From the human T2T-CHM13v2.0 reference genome, Homo sapiens, in NCBI RefSeq assembly GCF_009914755.1, contig NC_060928.1: 64,000 nucleotides of DNA. One strand, 5' to 3'. The notes under the pieces were generated by a model. It worked only from the letters and a program-made list of their open reading frames with translations, was not told the DNA's origin and ran no database searches. Position numbers and translations under genes: made by a program. This document shows, one piece after another, positions 50,629 to 64,000 of the stretch (positions within the stretch are counted from its first letter, which is position 1; each line of letters opens with the position of its first letter).

Positions 50629-53378
50629 ATCCACTCATGTCACCAAATATGGGTTTCTCTATAGTACTGAAAAATAAAATTATTTTTAAATATAATGTAA
50701 CAAAAAACCATTTAGTTCTTTAAAGGCTACAAATTTCAACTAAACAAGAATTAGATCCCATTAATTACAATCTGACACGTCACACAATTGCTTTGTGTGA
50801 TTTTTAATAGCTTGTTTAACTTCCCTGTCCATTTCAGTAGTAAAATAGTGATGAGAATATTACTATCTTCATAAGGTAAGAACTAAAATATATGATTATT
50901 GTGCCTAGAATAAATTAGTATATGTTTTATAGTGTTGTCACACAACTGTAGTGTTGAATCATAAGTACAGTTCACACATATAAACACATAACTTTTTGAA
51001 TTAATGGTAAAAACAGAAACCTCAAGGGAAAAAAGTAGGTAACTTATGAACAGGAAAATTTGAAAAGAGAAAATACCAGTTTCAAAAATAAAATCTACAT
51101 TTTACATGGTCTAAATCATCTTCATAACATCATCATGAAACCCCTTCACAGTCCCTACATGTGCAATTCGATAAATGACCTATAGCTTGAGAAGTTTCTC
51201 AGGGATCTTGCCTCAGTTATTACCTACCTCTTTCCCTTATCAATATTGCTGCCTGAAAACTCACCTGAGGTGACATCAAATAAACCAGAGAGTGACACTT
51301 GACTCATTATTAGAACCTACTAACTCCTGAATAATACTCCCAATTTCCAAGCCAAAAAGCTACTGGGGGTATGTAGCTGAGATACCTTATAACATCCGGG
51401 ATAATTCCGTTAGAAGTCCATGTCAAGCCAAATTCTCAACTGCCCCTCCCACTGGCAATGTGAAAAAGCCCATGCTTTTGTAGTTTAGCTACCAGTTGTT
51501 TTGAGGAATGACTTTTATGATGCTACAGGCTGCTGAGCCAAAATATACGGGATCATAAAAGGGGAATGCCTCCACTGAAAGTCATCTCCATACAACTGGC
51601 ATTTGAGACCAGCAGAGGGGAAATGAGGGCATCTATGGTTATTCCATCAACATCAAGGCTGGCAGTGGGGACCAATCAGGAAAGCCAAAACCCTTTAAGT
51701 TCTTTGTAAAAGGATAATCTTAAAGCAGAACATGTACTCCTGGCAAACTCCAGAGCTTATAACGTCTGACCCTGCCACTGGACCTGCTTCTTGATGCCAT
51801 AGATTATATTTCAAACTAATTCTCTCTTCATATGGTATTTTGCTTGCCTTGTAGCATATGCCACAGTCCTGGGTTTGGAAGAAGGGACTGGAAAATGGGA
51901 GGTTAAGCCTGGTGTACACTGCCAACTAGATTTTTCTTGCTGACAACGTACAAACTTGGCCTCCACTTCCCTGCACAGTCATGCCCCTTTGGTGTTTCCT
52001 GGGAAGTTAGGCCACTGCCATGCTGTAGCCAGAAAGCCATGCAGTTCCTCACACAGCCTCACACTTTATAATCACTCCCAGGAGATTTTTTGACACAGGA
52101 ATCTGCACTATAACACCTTTAAATCTGGATGGACAGTTTGTTGTAACAAGTTAGAATTTCAATTTTTTTTTTTCTGATGGCTCAAAAAGAACAGGAGCTG
52201 GATGATGGGAACAGGGAAAAATAATTAGATGAAAGGGCTAAGTGATATCCTTGGAACACAGCAGATACTCTCAGAACTTTAATTCAATACAACTTTATGA
52301 ATCAGAAGACTGAGAAGAGTTCAGTGAAAATAAAACCATGTACCTATTAGTACCCCAGGTCAATTAAAAAAAAATCTTACTTTTATTAAAATAGTATGTT
52401 CCCATTGTTTTTTTGTATTCAGAACTGTAAGTACTCAATTTCCTTAGATCTACATGTATTGAAATTACCAGGAAGAATGTATTGTATGAATTGCTTGCTA
52501 AAAACTCAGAAGTTCTTAGAATTTATGTAGTTTATACCAGAAGAGGTTTGAACCCAGAAAAAGGGGTTTTCCCCAACACTGAGAAAGGAAGGCCAACAGG
52601 TAGGTAAGTGTGACAGTCTACTGATCTGAGTTTGTATAAGAATAAGTGTACGAACCTAACAGGGCCAGGACCCAAGCAGAAGTCAGGCAAGATGTATCTT
52701 GTGAAGAAACTGGAGTGGGAGAGAAAAGAAAGATCACCAGTAGCAAGTCTGATAATCAGCCTCATGATGTAACAAACTAAAGTTTGATAAGCTAAACAAC
52801 ATTAATATCATGTCTATGTCTCTTAAACCAGTATTTAGGTGGTGAGATGGGAAAGGTTGTCTATGGAGCATAGTTATGCATGAGTCTATAACCTTACATC
52901 CTTAACTGAAAGATTGCTCTTGCATAACCTTGTGAAAAGTTACTGGGCAATATTTAAGATACACACAGGTTTAAAGAATAATATTGCCAGCATAAAAAAA
53001 ATTATTATAATAGAATACACTAGTTACCCCTTTCAGATTGAGTCACCATCCCTTTCCCTTAGATGTAACCAATATCCTGAACTGCATGTCTATTATTTCT
53101 ATGTAATTCTTTATTTTATCACTATATGGGCATTAAACAACATGTAGCATCATTTTGTCTTTAGCCTTTTCTTCACTGAATGTCACGCTTTCAATCATAT
53201 ACCCTACTATCAGTCCCAAAAGTTAGATGTGTTAAAGTCACTTTTTACTTCCAATCGCTTAAACTATGCTTTAATGGCACCATTTTCTCCTTTCCTTCTC
53301 CACTAGCATTAGAATATTGAAGGCTCCATTTTCATAACAGGACTAAATGTCGCACTCTCACTTTCATGTAGTTCTTTA

Positions 53379-53707
<329 letters not shown>

Positions 53708-53866
53708 AAAAAATTCCAGGATGCCTAGGATTATGTGAATTTAAGGTGTCCTATTATAGATAAGTAAAATGATGTTCAGAATTGAAACTCCAGCTCTGTT
53801 TATTACAACATTTGACAAGTCATTTGTCATCCTAGAACTCATTTTAGTAACAAAAAATGAAAAAAG

Positions 53867-54365
53867 TGTTAAAGAAAAAATTATTCAATGTTACTTATTG
53901 AAGCATAATAATGCAGATTTTACTCAGGACCACCAAAGCAGGTATAGGGATGATGGCATTGGGGTATTGCTATGGGAAAGGTAGATTTTTGCCCAACTCC
54001 AAATATAGCATGGGCAAGTGAATAGCCATTTATATTCAGGGAGCAGGGTGGATGGGAGTTGGTGGGTGGAAAATTCTTAAAGTAAGCATCAGGAGTAAGG
54101 AGGATTCTGGCTAAACTGACGTAAGAGGATTTCTTGCTAAGGACAGGCCAGGAAGATAACCTAAGGGTGGATGTGGGATGAGGATCCCAATCAGATATCA
54201 AAGGTGATCATATCTCTAAGATGGGGGTAAGGTTCTTGCTAAGCTTGCTAAACTATAAATTAGAAGGGTTCTTGTTGAAACTGGATATTACAAGGAAATG
54301 CACAGATGGGCCTACGAGAAGGTTCAGGAGCCTGACTAATGTTTGGTCAAGCAAAGGCTCTATAT
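53867..54365 (-). mobile_element. MER31-like ERV1 solo LTR
   Basis: TGTTAAAGAAAAAATTATTCAATG, GATTCTGGCTAAAC, CACAGATGGGCCTA, GAAGGTTCAGGAGCCTGACTAA. Confidence 0.8.
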
Positions 54366-55547
54366 GAGAGGTGAACTACATATAAATTATCTCCAATGCC
54401 GTTTCTAACTTCAATATTTGTTTTTTTTACTCTGCTTATTCCCTCTGCATGGATGAACATCTCACCACTCTCATTATTAAATATTCTTTTAAAAACATTA
54501 TTTTGCTGGCACTTTCTTGAATCATTTACTGGTCAGTAGAGGTAAGAATGTTTCTACACATACTTCCCAAAGTACTAAAATAAATGAAAAGCATTTTCCA
54601 AAAGCATTTGCTGGCCAATTCAGTTTGAGCAGTGTATCTTAGCCTGTTTAGTGTTCTGTGGGATCTATGGAGTAGTTACTAATATTGCTAATAATAATCT
54701 GAGTATGGCATAGAACAACCTTTGCTGTACAATTGAAGTCAGCAAGACAGGCTTAACTTGAACCCCATCTAAGGCAGTTACTAACTCATGTATCTCAAAG
54801 CTGCCAAGATTCCACCTGTAAGAAATCTTCCCAGAAAAGGACTCAAAAGATAGGCTTCTACAAAGACACAAGCCCACAAGTGCAGTGAGAAAATGATTTC
54901 TATTCTCACAGTTTTGGCACAGTTGGCTGTTACTCCTGAAAAAAAAAATCATGTTAAATGAAAACACTCCAGGTTTAATCTCTGCCCATTTTTTATTTAA
55001 AAGATGGAGGAAAATCAATTGAACAATCTTTAAATTCCAAGAAAATGAAATAGACTTTTCTCCAGTATATAAAAAAAGATAAATGAACATTTCTTTTCTT
55101 TCAATGAATGTAAAAAGACATATTTATGGCTCTTTGCTTAGGAAAAACAGACACTTAGTTGATGTAAAGGTTAAATATGTGTTCTGGTTTTCAATCATGA
55201 AATACTATTTGCTGTATACAGCATACATTTATGGTCCTTGAAATTGGCATAGTTACTGCATTTAAAGACAGCAACATTTTACTTCTATGAATAGACCCTA
55301 AGACTGACTGACCTTCTGATATTTCATGCTAATGTATATTGAATAACTGTGACAGGCAACAAAAGGGGCATTACTCGTGGGTCATCATCCATCCATTCAT
55401 TCAAATAACACTTCTTGAGTGCTAACTAGTAATTTCAGCTCAACAAACAATTATTGAATGCTGCCTATGTTCCTGCCAGGCACTGCTGAGGTGCTTGAAA
55501 TAGCCATATGTAAAATATATACATATATAGGTAGGAGTCACATGTTA

Positions 55548-55677
55548 ATAATATAATACTATATTATAGTATATAATTAGTATAATATAATACTATATTA
55601 TAGTATATAATTAGTATAATATAATACTATATTATAGTATATAATTAGTATAATATAATACTATATTATAGTATATA
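55548..55677. repeat. 34-bp AT-rich minisatellite, about 3.8 perfect copies
   Basis: Unit TATAATATAATACTATATTATAGTATATAATTAG; TTAG ends at 55580, 55614 and 55648. Confidence 0.95.
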
Positions 55678-56774
55678 GCTAGGAGTTACATGTGATAGAA
55701 AAGCCTCAGGTTTCTCTTTTAAAACAGGAAAGGAAGGGGAATTGTGTGGGCATTTGTATTCAGAATCGCTAAAGAAGTAGACATTATACTTAGAGTTAAC
55801 TAATGTATATTTGAGCCATTCGTATTTGCTCAATCTAGAAGTAAACAACACAAAATATAGAATTCTGTCCTAGTATCCAAGGGAACTAGAATTGAGTGGC
55901 GTATTTTCCTTTATCATTCAAATCTGAACGTCTTACTTGAATTAACGTATTTATGAAAGAATTGTGCCTCCTCTCTTGTCACCACTTTATCTCTAGCAGA
56001 TATTTAACAATATCGAAATTCTTTTAAAAGATATTTTTCCTTCAGTGGTGACAGAGTAGTATTAGAAATTGCTGGCTGGCTCTGCCTTATAAGTTGAAGT
56101 TATTAAGATACTTAGCAATATATGTGAAAAAATGGCACACTGCTGAACCAGTCTTTGAATCTGAGCAAAGCACTCCTCAACAAGTGCAGTATTTTTTTCA
56201 AATTCATGAGACTTTTCATATTTAGTTTCCAAAGTCTCATTAGAATGTCTCCTTCTGGCAACCAAATTGCTTAACAATAAACAATTCATCAACCTCAAGA
56301 GGGTAAAAAAAGTTTGAAAGGTGTTCTGGTTTAACAAAAGTGTAATGATTTAGTTTATACAATGTATGAGGGAATTAAAAGTAGGTGAAAAGTTCATATT
56401 TGTGCTTTAGAAGGACTCGATGAATAATGGAATGGCATTTTCATTACATTATTCAAAATTTTTGTTGGAAAACATTATCTTTTCTTATTTACCCAACTAC
56501 TGAGTATGGCTTTGTAAATGTATTTTTGCTGTCAAATTTAATCAGATAAACTTCTTTTTAACTCATTTCTTATATTCCTAAAACTTGGTCTTCCATAGTA
56601 AAGATTAGATTATATAAAGATCTATGGTCTTCCTAACATGTCCATTCAAATAATGCTATTATTCTCTGGAATATATTATTGGGAAAGAGTATACGATACT
56701 CTTTCCTAGGCCTCTTGAAGAGAATTTTTCTGCAATCATTTACAACAACTATAAAAACAAGCACGAGCCTGGAT

Positions 56775-56905
56775 TTTCTGCCTCCCTGCCTCCCTCCCTA
56801 CTTCCTTCCCTCTCTTCTTTCCTGCCTGCCTTTTTACTTTCCTGACTTTCTGTCTTCTTTCTTTTTCTTTCCTTTCTCTATTCTTTCTCTTATTTTTCTT
56901 CTTCA
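56775..56905. repeat. CT-rich low-complexity tract, followed by a probable L2 fragment
   Basis: (CCTC/CTTT)n, then TTCAAACATTTATTG, typical of L2 3' ends. Confidence 0.7.
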
Positions 56906-57699
56906 AACATTTATTGTTTACCTACAATTTGAAAGATATCATGCTAGATACAGGGAGTGAAAAGGTAAATAAATCATGATCTCATAATATCTGTTATGAC
57001 AGATATTACAATAGACAAGTACAAAATAATCAGTGACATAATAGAAGTATAAATAAAGTAAACACTATTCAAGCACAAGGAATGTTAAAACAGATGTTCC
57101 TGAGGCCTGGAATTTAATTGTAACTTTCTGATTTTATTTGTCTGATTTCCACGAGGTTTCATTAACCCCAAACTTACTGGGAAATCTCATCAAGATTATT
57201 GGTCCCTAGGGTGAAATTAGAAATCAATAGGCGCAATGTTTCTAAAATTTCATTTTATAGATTTTTAGCAAACAAATCTCCCCATTCTCTTCCTCACATT
57301 ACCGCCCACGTTCCCACACATTCAGTCTCAACCCAGAGGCCACTGTCTTTCTCCTTTTCTTCTTTTATTCTTTCTGAGCTGCACAGCAGGCATGCAGAGG
57401 AGGAAGACAGAAAACAGAAAACTTTTCAGTGTGGGCATCAAGCTGTCAGCCTGTTTCTGCCATAGCACTCTGATCCACTCCTCCCCTACTGATCCCCACC
57501 ACAGCACCCCTTCTCCACCAAATGCCAAAAGCAGAAAGAAAACCCACAATACAAGATGGTCTCTTCAATTAAAAACAAAACTCTTTAATGCCCAGATAAT
57601 TTACTGAGAACACAAAGGAAAATACTGCATGGCAACTGCCTGGAAGGACCTAACAAACTAGTCCTAGTGAAAGAAACAGGCACATGAAGATGATAACTG

Positions 57700-57900
57700 A
57701 TGTGCACTGAGTACGTTGTCTAGATCAGGCCTGTTCCATGCACTTACATATAATTTGTTTAATCCTTACCTCGACCTGCAAGGTAAATACACGATTACTC
57801 CTCCATTTCAGTTAAGAAAACTGACGCACAGAACAATTATAGGTGCCAGAGCTAGAAAACCATCACAAGTAGCAGTCTGCTTCCAGATTCCATATTCCTG
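57700..57900 (-). mobile_element. MIR fragment
   Basis: CCATTTCAGTTAAGAAAACTGACGCACAGA core-like motif. Confidence 0.6.
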
Positions 57901-60316
57901 AGCCTTAGGCAGACTACAGGCCATTATAACGTAATGTGGTAAATAATATTATTTATTATTAATATTATTGACATGTGCTCAGGGTCAAAAAGTAGAAAAT
58001 ACCTTGTAAGTGATACTTCAGAAATTAGTCCTTCCCTCCAGTCCAGAGAACGGAATTGGAGAAGTCCTATCATGCCTGCCTTCCTTACACCAAGTGACTA
58101 CATCCCTCCTTTTAGTTAGGAACTACTCTTTTTATCTTAGCAATTTAGTAACAGGTATGCCCTTGCACACCCATCAGCATGATATCCTTTTATATATCGG
58201 TAGCCCTAAAACATTTGGAATTTTATTGCCACTTGGTGAAGCTATTTGCCCACATAGCCTTAAGTCTTAGATAACTATTGCAACTCCTAAATTTCTCACC
58301 TCTAACCAATATTCACTCCACCACAGCAGCGTCCTATAGTACTGGCAGAGTGTGACATACACCCCTAGCATCTGTTTGTATTTTCAGCTTTTTAGAATTT
58401 TTTCAGAAGAAAAAATTTTATAGTAATTGTTATAAGTATCTGCAAGATGCCAGAGAATGTTTCAAAGAAAGTACTTCCCCTTTTGTAGACATACAAAAAG
58501 AGGAGGATTATAAGGATCATTACTATGCCAGGTATAATGTGGTTCCAAAAATGAAGCCAAAATCTGGTAATTTTTGAGGAAAAAAAGATAATGTGAAAAT
58601 AGTTGTAAATGCCAGTTTTTGTAGCTCTCCAGCTCTCTGCAGTGACTGGATTTGGGCCATATGGAAACCCTTTCTGCTGTTAAATCAACAGAGAAATGAA
58701 GGAGAGAAAAACTTGATAAAGCTGTTCCCAGCCTGGCAAATTAGGAGTTAAACTTTGGAACTGACACTTCAGCATTTGGTAATCCCCTCACCCCATACTT
58801 GGCTGTAAAATCTGTGAAGTAGCCTCCTTCCGGAAGTCAGGTTTTCTAGTAATGCCCTAATTGGTTAAGTATGTATTATGGTGTATTTAATAACTGAGCC
58901 CCTTGATTTTCAGAACAAATGGCACCCACATGCTTGCTATTAACCTTTTGAATTGCAAATATATGCCAGGTTGCCATAAGCCACATGGTGTTCAAATGAT
59001 TCCCCCCATATTTGAGATGCTATTCACTCTGTAACAAAATGACAAGACAGAATTGTATCAGGAAAAGAACACCCACATGTACACTCTAAATTGTGCAAAC
59101 ATTTTGAAATTCAGTGGTAATTTAGGAAGTCGGTCTCCAGTAGACTTCCCTATCCTTATATAGGCAAAGCCAGCTATTGTGTTCCAAAGCAAAACTGATG
59201 CCTGTGGCAATCATTCTTGTAACCAATCACAAGTCAACTGCTGGTAAAATGAGAGTAAATTAGTTACCGGTGTCAGAGGAAGCTTTAGAATTCACAAAGA
59301 ATTTAGAAATAGCTAACATGTTATAATCATGTGGAAATGGTGCATATTATTAAAATTGCCAAGACAGGAAAACTTACCTGGCCGTGCTTTATGGTGCACA
59401 AAATCTCCTAGTGTGGCTATTAGAACATTCAGGGTGAAGTCAGAGTTCTATCCCAACTTCAGAAAAATCATCAAAAGTTTACTGGGAAGACAAAAATACT
59501 CCCGAGGGTCAGAAGCAAACCCAAATGACTTATTCACCTACTAAAATTAATTAACTTTGAATATTATGAAATAAAATAAATGCATTAAGAACAATAGAAA
59601 TGCTTTTAACCAATGCAAATGGGTCTGGTAGTCAACTAATTCATCATAAAAGTTAGTTCAATTAGGGAGCAATGAAAAAACTAAAGGTATCATAAACATT
59701 TTATTTTATGTTAACATAAAGTAAATAAATATGCATGCAAGTGCCAATCTTTTTATGTAGGATGAAAGCCATTCCCTTGAGAATGTATCACTGATGGGAA
59801 TTTCACCTGGTCTTTCTTGCCTAAACCACACTCCTAATACTGACTAAGATTTCCAGTTTCAGTTTCTTTTAAAGGTGAAGGAATTTAAATACTCTGGTGA
59901 AGCAAAAAATGTGTTAAATCCTTTTAGATTTCCATGGTTTTACAATCTTTCCTAAATATCTTGCCTACACCTAATTTGACATCATTTTTTCAGCTGTTCC
60001 TCTTTATTGGGTCATTCTAAAGCATTTAATTTAATTTTCATACAAACATCTCTCTCTGTTTCCCGTTAATACTTCATTGATTTGCATGAATAATTAATTA
60101 AATTATACAATTAAAATAATAAATATAACCGGCATGAAATGTTTAGGAACAAACAAAACTTTAACTCAATAAGTGGAGGTGTAGTACATACATTTCTAAG
60201 AGAGTAGACTACAAGTCACAAGCCCTCAGGAGGCGACAGAACTCAGTCATATTTTACTAAGGAAATGCAGAATGTTAATTATTTCATTAAATTCATTAAA
60301 TGAAAATCAATCAAAC

Positions 60317-60695
60317 TGATAGAGACAGCCAAGGGTCCCCCGCAAAACCCTGCCTTCAAGCCTAAAACCCAACCGCTGGTCCTGGATGAAGCCGGCCCTT
60401 TCCTCACTGATTCTCTGAATAATGCCCACCTGCGCACTGAAAGGATCTGGTGGAGCCTCAGGAAGTCACCCTATTTGCATGGGGGAGGAGCCTGGACTCC
60501 AGATCCTGTGTGGTGGCCTGGGATTCAATCTGTAAAGTGGGGGCCTGCTAGGAGGACTCTCTCTCTGTTTGCTGAGAGTTTCTATTTCCTTTTTTCCTTT
60601 TCACCCGATAAACGCTGTCCTACTCACCTTACAATGTGTCCGCGTGCCTAAGTTTTCATAGGTCGTGTGACAAGAACCCGTTTTTTTCTACAACA
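60317..60695 (+). mobile_element. MER61-like ERV1 solo LTR
   Basis: TGATAGAGACAGCCAAGGGTCCCC start, GAATAATGCCCACCTGCGCACTG, GGTCGTGTGACAAGAACCCG, ends CAACA. Flanks AAAC/AAAT. Confidence 0.8.
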
Positions 60696-61614
60696 AAATG
60701 AAACAATATTTAGTAGGTAAAATAATTGTGGGCATGAATGTGTTATAAGAATGTGCTCATATATCACAATATATTTTAAGGGAATTTGTGTAAACCTTTC
60801 AGTTAGCTTTTCTACATAATATACATAGTTCATATCTTAATGGGAGTTTCAGAAACTGTCATAAGTATACTCTCTGTCCTGTAACTTCCACCGCTTCTCA
60901 GCTACTTCGGTTGAGGATAATTTTGTTTGTGAATAAAGAAAAAACATTCAACTAACAGGGGCAAAATCAGAAAGGTATGTATTGTGTAACTGATAGGACT
61001 GAGAGCAGGCATCTCCAGAGTTGGTTCAGCAATTTCATAATGTGAAGGCGCAGGACTGGCAGTGCTGAGATTCTGTCAAGGTTTTCAAATGCTGCTGCAG
61101 CACCAGGTATTTGAGTTGGGATCTTTTTCATTTATTGTCAGTAGGTATATGCTGTGTTCTTTTATTTTTAACATTTTAATCTGATTTCTATTTCCACAAG
61201 TTTTTAACTCCCCCCCCACTTTCTTCTGTAGAAGGATTATCTTCTCTATTGTTTACCAGACAGGAAATACTAAATACTATACTTTTATTCTCCCAGTGTT
61301 TACTTTAAAAGTAAACAGAATTAATATTCATTGTCAGATTTAATATTTTCTAACATCAAGAGTGTATCTAAGTTCCCCCAAAACATATTAATAACTTAAA
61401 AATCTTTTACTTTCCTCATTCGTTTATTTTTTTCACAATGAATACTGAAGATGGATAAATAATAATTTCATGTTTACTTCTCTCGCTGAGTCTCACATTC
61501 CATTACTTTCCCATAGAATCATTAAGCTTTTTTCTGAAGTAAGCTTTCTAGTCTTTTAACAGTTAACATTTATTTTATACCAAAATGTACCATTTCTATT
61601 TCCCCAAAATCTAA

Positions 61615-61880
61615 ATACACAGGACCTAACATAATGCCTGCCACACAGAGAGTGGTCATTCTGTTATTTTCCAAATGTGAGAATGAATAAATGAATGAAT
61701 GCCAGGCTCTGTTCTAAATGTGTTATATGCATATGTCTAGTTACAAAAGCCCTGCAAGGAAAGCACTCCATTTATGACGAAGGAAACTGAGCTTCAGAGA
61801 GCTTAATAAAACTTGCCCAAGGTCACATCACTATTAAGTTTTAGGATTCGGGTTCAATCCTGTGCCTATTCAATATCAAA
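61615..61880. mobile_element. L2 3' end plus MIR fragment
   Basis: ATGCCTGCCACACAG...(GAAT)n, then GGAAACTGAGCTTCAGAGAG...ACTTGCCCAAGGTCACA (MIR core). Confidence 0.7.
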
Positions 61881-63371
61881 TTGCAGATTCTGTTATTTTC
61901 TTGGGTCTTGAACTGAGGAAACAAAGGATCTCAATGGAAGAAGGAAAATTGAGAAGATTCATGAAGTTAATATACATATGGGTAAATATATACTACAAGA
62001 GATCTTTGTCTGTCTCTTTCTTCACTTGTATCATTCCCTTGTTTTCCTTTCTTTACTTTTTTCTCTCCACTTAGGCTACCATTACCATAGAAATGATAGG
62101 GCTAGACTTCAACTAATAGAATTAATGTATTGATGGTGGAAAAGATTGAATGTAAAGAAAAGAACTGGAATCAAAAGGAAAACAAGAAACAGAGAGGCAG
62201 AGAATATAAATAGATGGATTCGTAAACATTAGAAGAAGCATCTTGGATTCAATTATTGCTTTGTAGAAGATTTTCTAACAAATATAAAAGTATCTTTAGA
62301 AGATTTTTTTAAAGTGTTTTACATTCAGTATTTTTCTTTTCACAATTTCTCCTAAGATTGAAAAATGATTAGATGGATGCATGAAAATAACCTTAGTTAA
62401 AGTTAATCTTATTTTCAGATTTTAAGCTTGTTAGAGATATAGTCCTTAACTGACAATCCTGCTATGATTTACTGTGCAAAGATTTAAACTTTAAAAATTC
62501 TAGAAATATTTATTTTATACTAACTTAAGTTTGAAACACTTGGGGAAAAAATTTCATTTTATAATGGAGAGTCGTATTTCAAGTGGCTGCACTGCTTAAA
62601 TTGCAGTAGGAATAAAAATAGGGCAAAAAAAAATAGCCAGAAATGCAAATATAACACAATTTTTTGAGATAATATTGTTAAGTCATGAAAACAAATGAAA
62701 AAAAACCACAAAGGCTTAAAATTTTTTGTCTGAACACTTACCAATATAACCTGTTTCAGTTATTTTTGAAAGAGTCAATGTAGTGTTCTCTGAGATAAAA
62801 TGTGATTGTTTGCCAAAAAACTTATGACCCTGATTTGTCTCAACATATGAATTAAAATAAATGATCTATGCTTTCAACTTTAGGGCTAGAAAAAAAAAAA
62901 ACTCTTGTAAAACAGAAGAAAGTAATTCATACGTGTAAAAAAATTTATTTGAGTTAATTGAAAAGAAAAGGCAATAAAATTAAGTAATAATTATCCCAGT
63001 GTATGCTCAGGGTTATATGAAATCTATGCAGTCGTTGGTTCTTTTCTGTACCTGATGGCAAGTTTGAGAGATTGTATCTCTGTCCTGATACTTTACCTAT
63101 TTACTTGCTTGGGTAAGATTTCAGTTAACTTCTCCTATCCATATTTTTCAAAAACAGAGGTAACAATATCAATTATCCTCCATTTAAATAACAGCTTTGA
63201 CTCTTTTAACTAAAAGGCCATTTGTTAAATAAGAATGACTTAGGTACCTGTGATTTGCTATGTACCAGTAAGGACCTCAGTTCTTAGGAATCTTTCTTAA
63301 AGTATATCCCCATTGGGGATTGCATCTCGTTGTGTTAACAGAAAGCTGACTACACTGGTTTAATGAAATAC

Positions 63372-64000
63372 GGTCTTAACTAGAATTCCTTAGAAACAGG
63401 TTCCGAGATGAAAAATTTTGTTTGAAAAATTAACTGGGAAGTCCTCTCAAGAGAAAGTGAAGAAGGCAGGATCGGACAGAGGAGAAGCAGACTCTTAACG
63501 TTTTTGCAACCAAGGCTCAGCCGGTCAGTTCCACAGTGAGTTCTGGAGCTGAAATGACCTTTTAGCATTGTCCCCATTTGAGGCAAAGAGCTTGGACTTT
63601 TGTGTCTGTACATCAGTCATTGACTACAGGTCACCCCCATTCTGGGGACTTAACCTTGGACCCAGCAATTCCCTACAGCTGAAAGTTCTTCCCAGTGAGG
63701 GACATGTCTCTGAATAGTCAGTAGTCTATACTTCTCAGCCAATGAGGATAGATATGTCGCCCCTGAAGAGGGGGTCTGGGCTGAATGCCACAGTTGGCAC
63801 TACAAGAGCATTCTTTCCTTGCTTAGATCTACTTGTTCTTACAGCAAGTTTATCTCACTTGGGGACAGCTTCTCCAGGTTTGCTCTTATTTCCTGGGGAA
63901 ATATAAAAAGGGAGTTAGCAGGTATAGGAGCTGCACCTCAAGACTGTAATTGACCTCCAGCCTGTACCTAGTGTTTATCATCCCCCTCCTCCACTCACTT
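63372..64000 (-). mobile_element. Ancient ERVL LTR plus adjoining internal sequence (ERV3-16A3-like), runs off the right edge
   Basis: LTR-like segment ending GGCACTACA at about 63804, followed by CAGCTTCTCCAGG, TCCTGGGGAAA and CATCCCCCTCCTCCACT, recalled from ERVL internal 3' ends. Confidence 0.5.

Noticed and set aside
54665-55090. 141-aa minus-strand ORF
   Set aside because: Composition rich in F/L/I/S as expected from AT-rich noncoding DNA; no domain similarity.
55548-55677. CRISPR-like 34-bp palindromic repeats
   Set aside because: Head-to-tail with no spacers, no cas genes, eukaryotic context.
56062-56337. 91-aa minus-strand ORF with a helical-looking stretch (ETLETKYEKSHEFEKN)
   Set aside because: Non-ATG start, no good splice signals, no recognisable family.
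56985-57008. Perfect 10-bp-arm hairpin TAATATCTGT-TATG-ACAGATATTA
   Set aside because: Short, AT-rich and inside a probable L2 relic; too small for a pre-miRNA.

Overview
Primate genomic DNA, almost certainly human-like: it carries AluS/AluY, L1PA, THE1 and HSMAR2. It is AT-rich and dominated by transposable elements. I find no supportable host protein-coding exon, RNA gene, CRISPR array or CpG island, and the long ORFs that resemble known proteins are decayed LINE-1 ORF0/ORF1/ORF2 pieces. Subfamily names come from recalled consensus sequences, not from a search. The most interesting signal is structural. (1) An 8.5-kb L1 complex at 25386-33850: a nearly full-length twin-primed L1PA has its whole 5' 4.3 kb inverted and sits between two L1 pieces with no TSD and mismatched outer flanks. 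This creates a 1.15-kb inverted repeat and a chimeric antisense-promoter/ORF0/ORF2-C-terminus/polyA unit. (2) An apparently older L1MB 3' end inserted with a clean TSD inside a younger L1MA. (3) An ancient inverted-plus-direct duplication at 38.5-40.8 kb. (4) A 14-kb nested stack of elements. I cannot support a wholly new biological system from the sequence alone.
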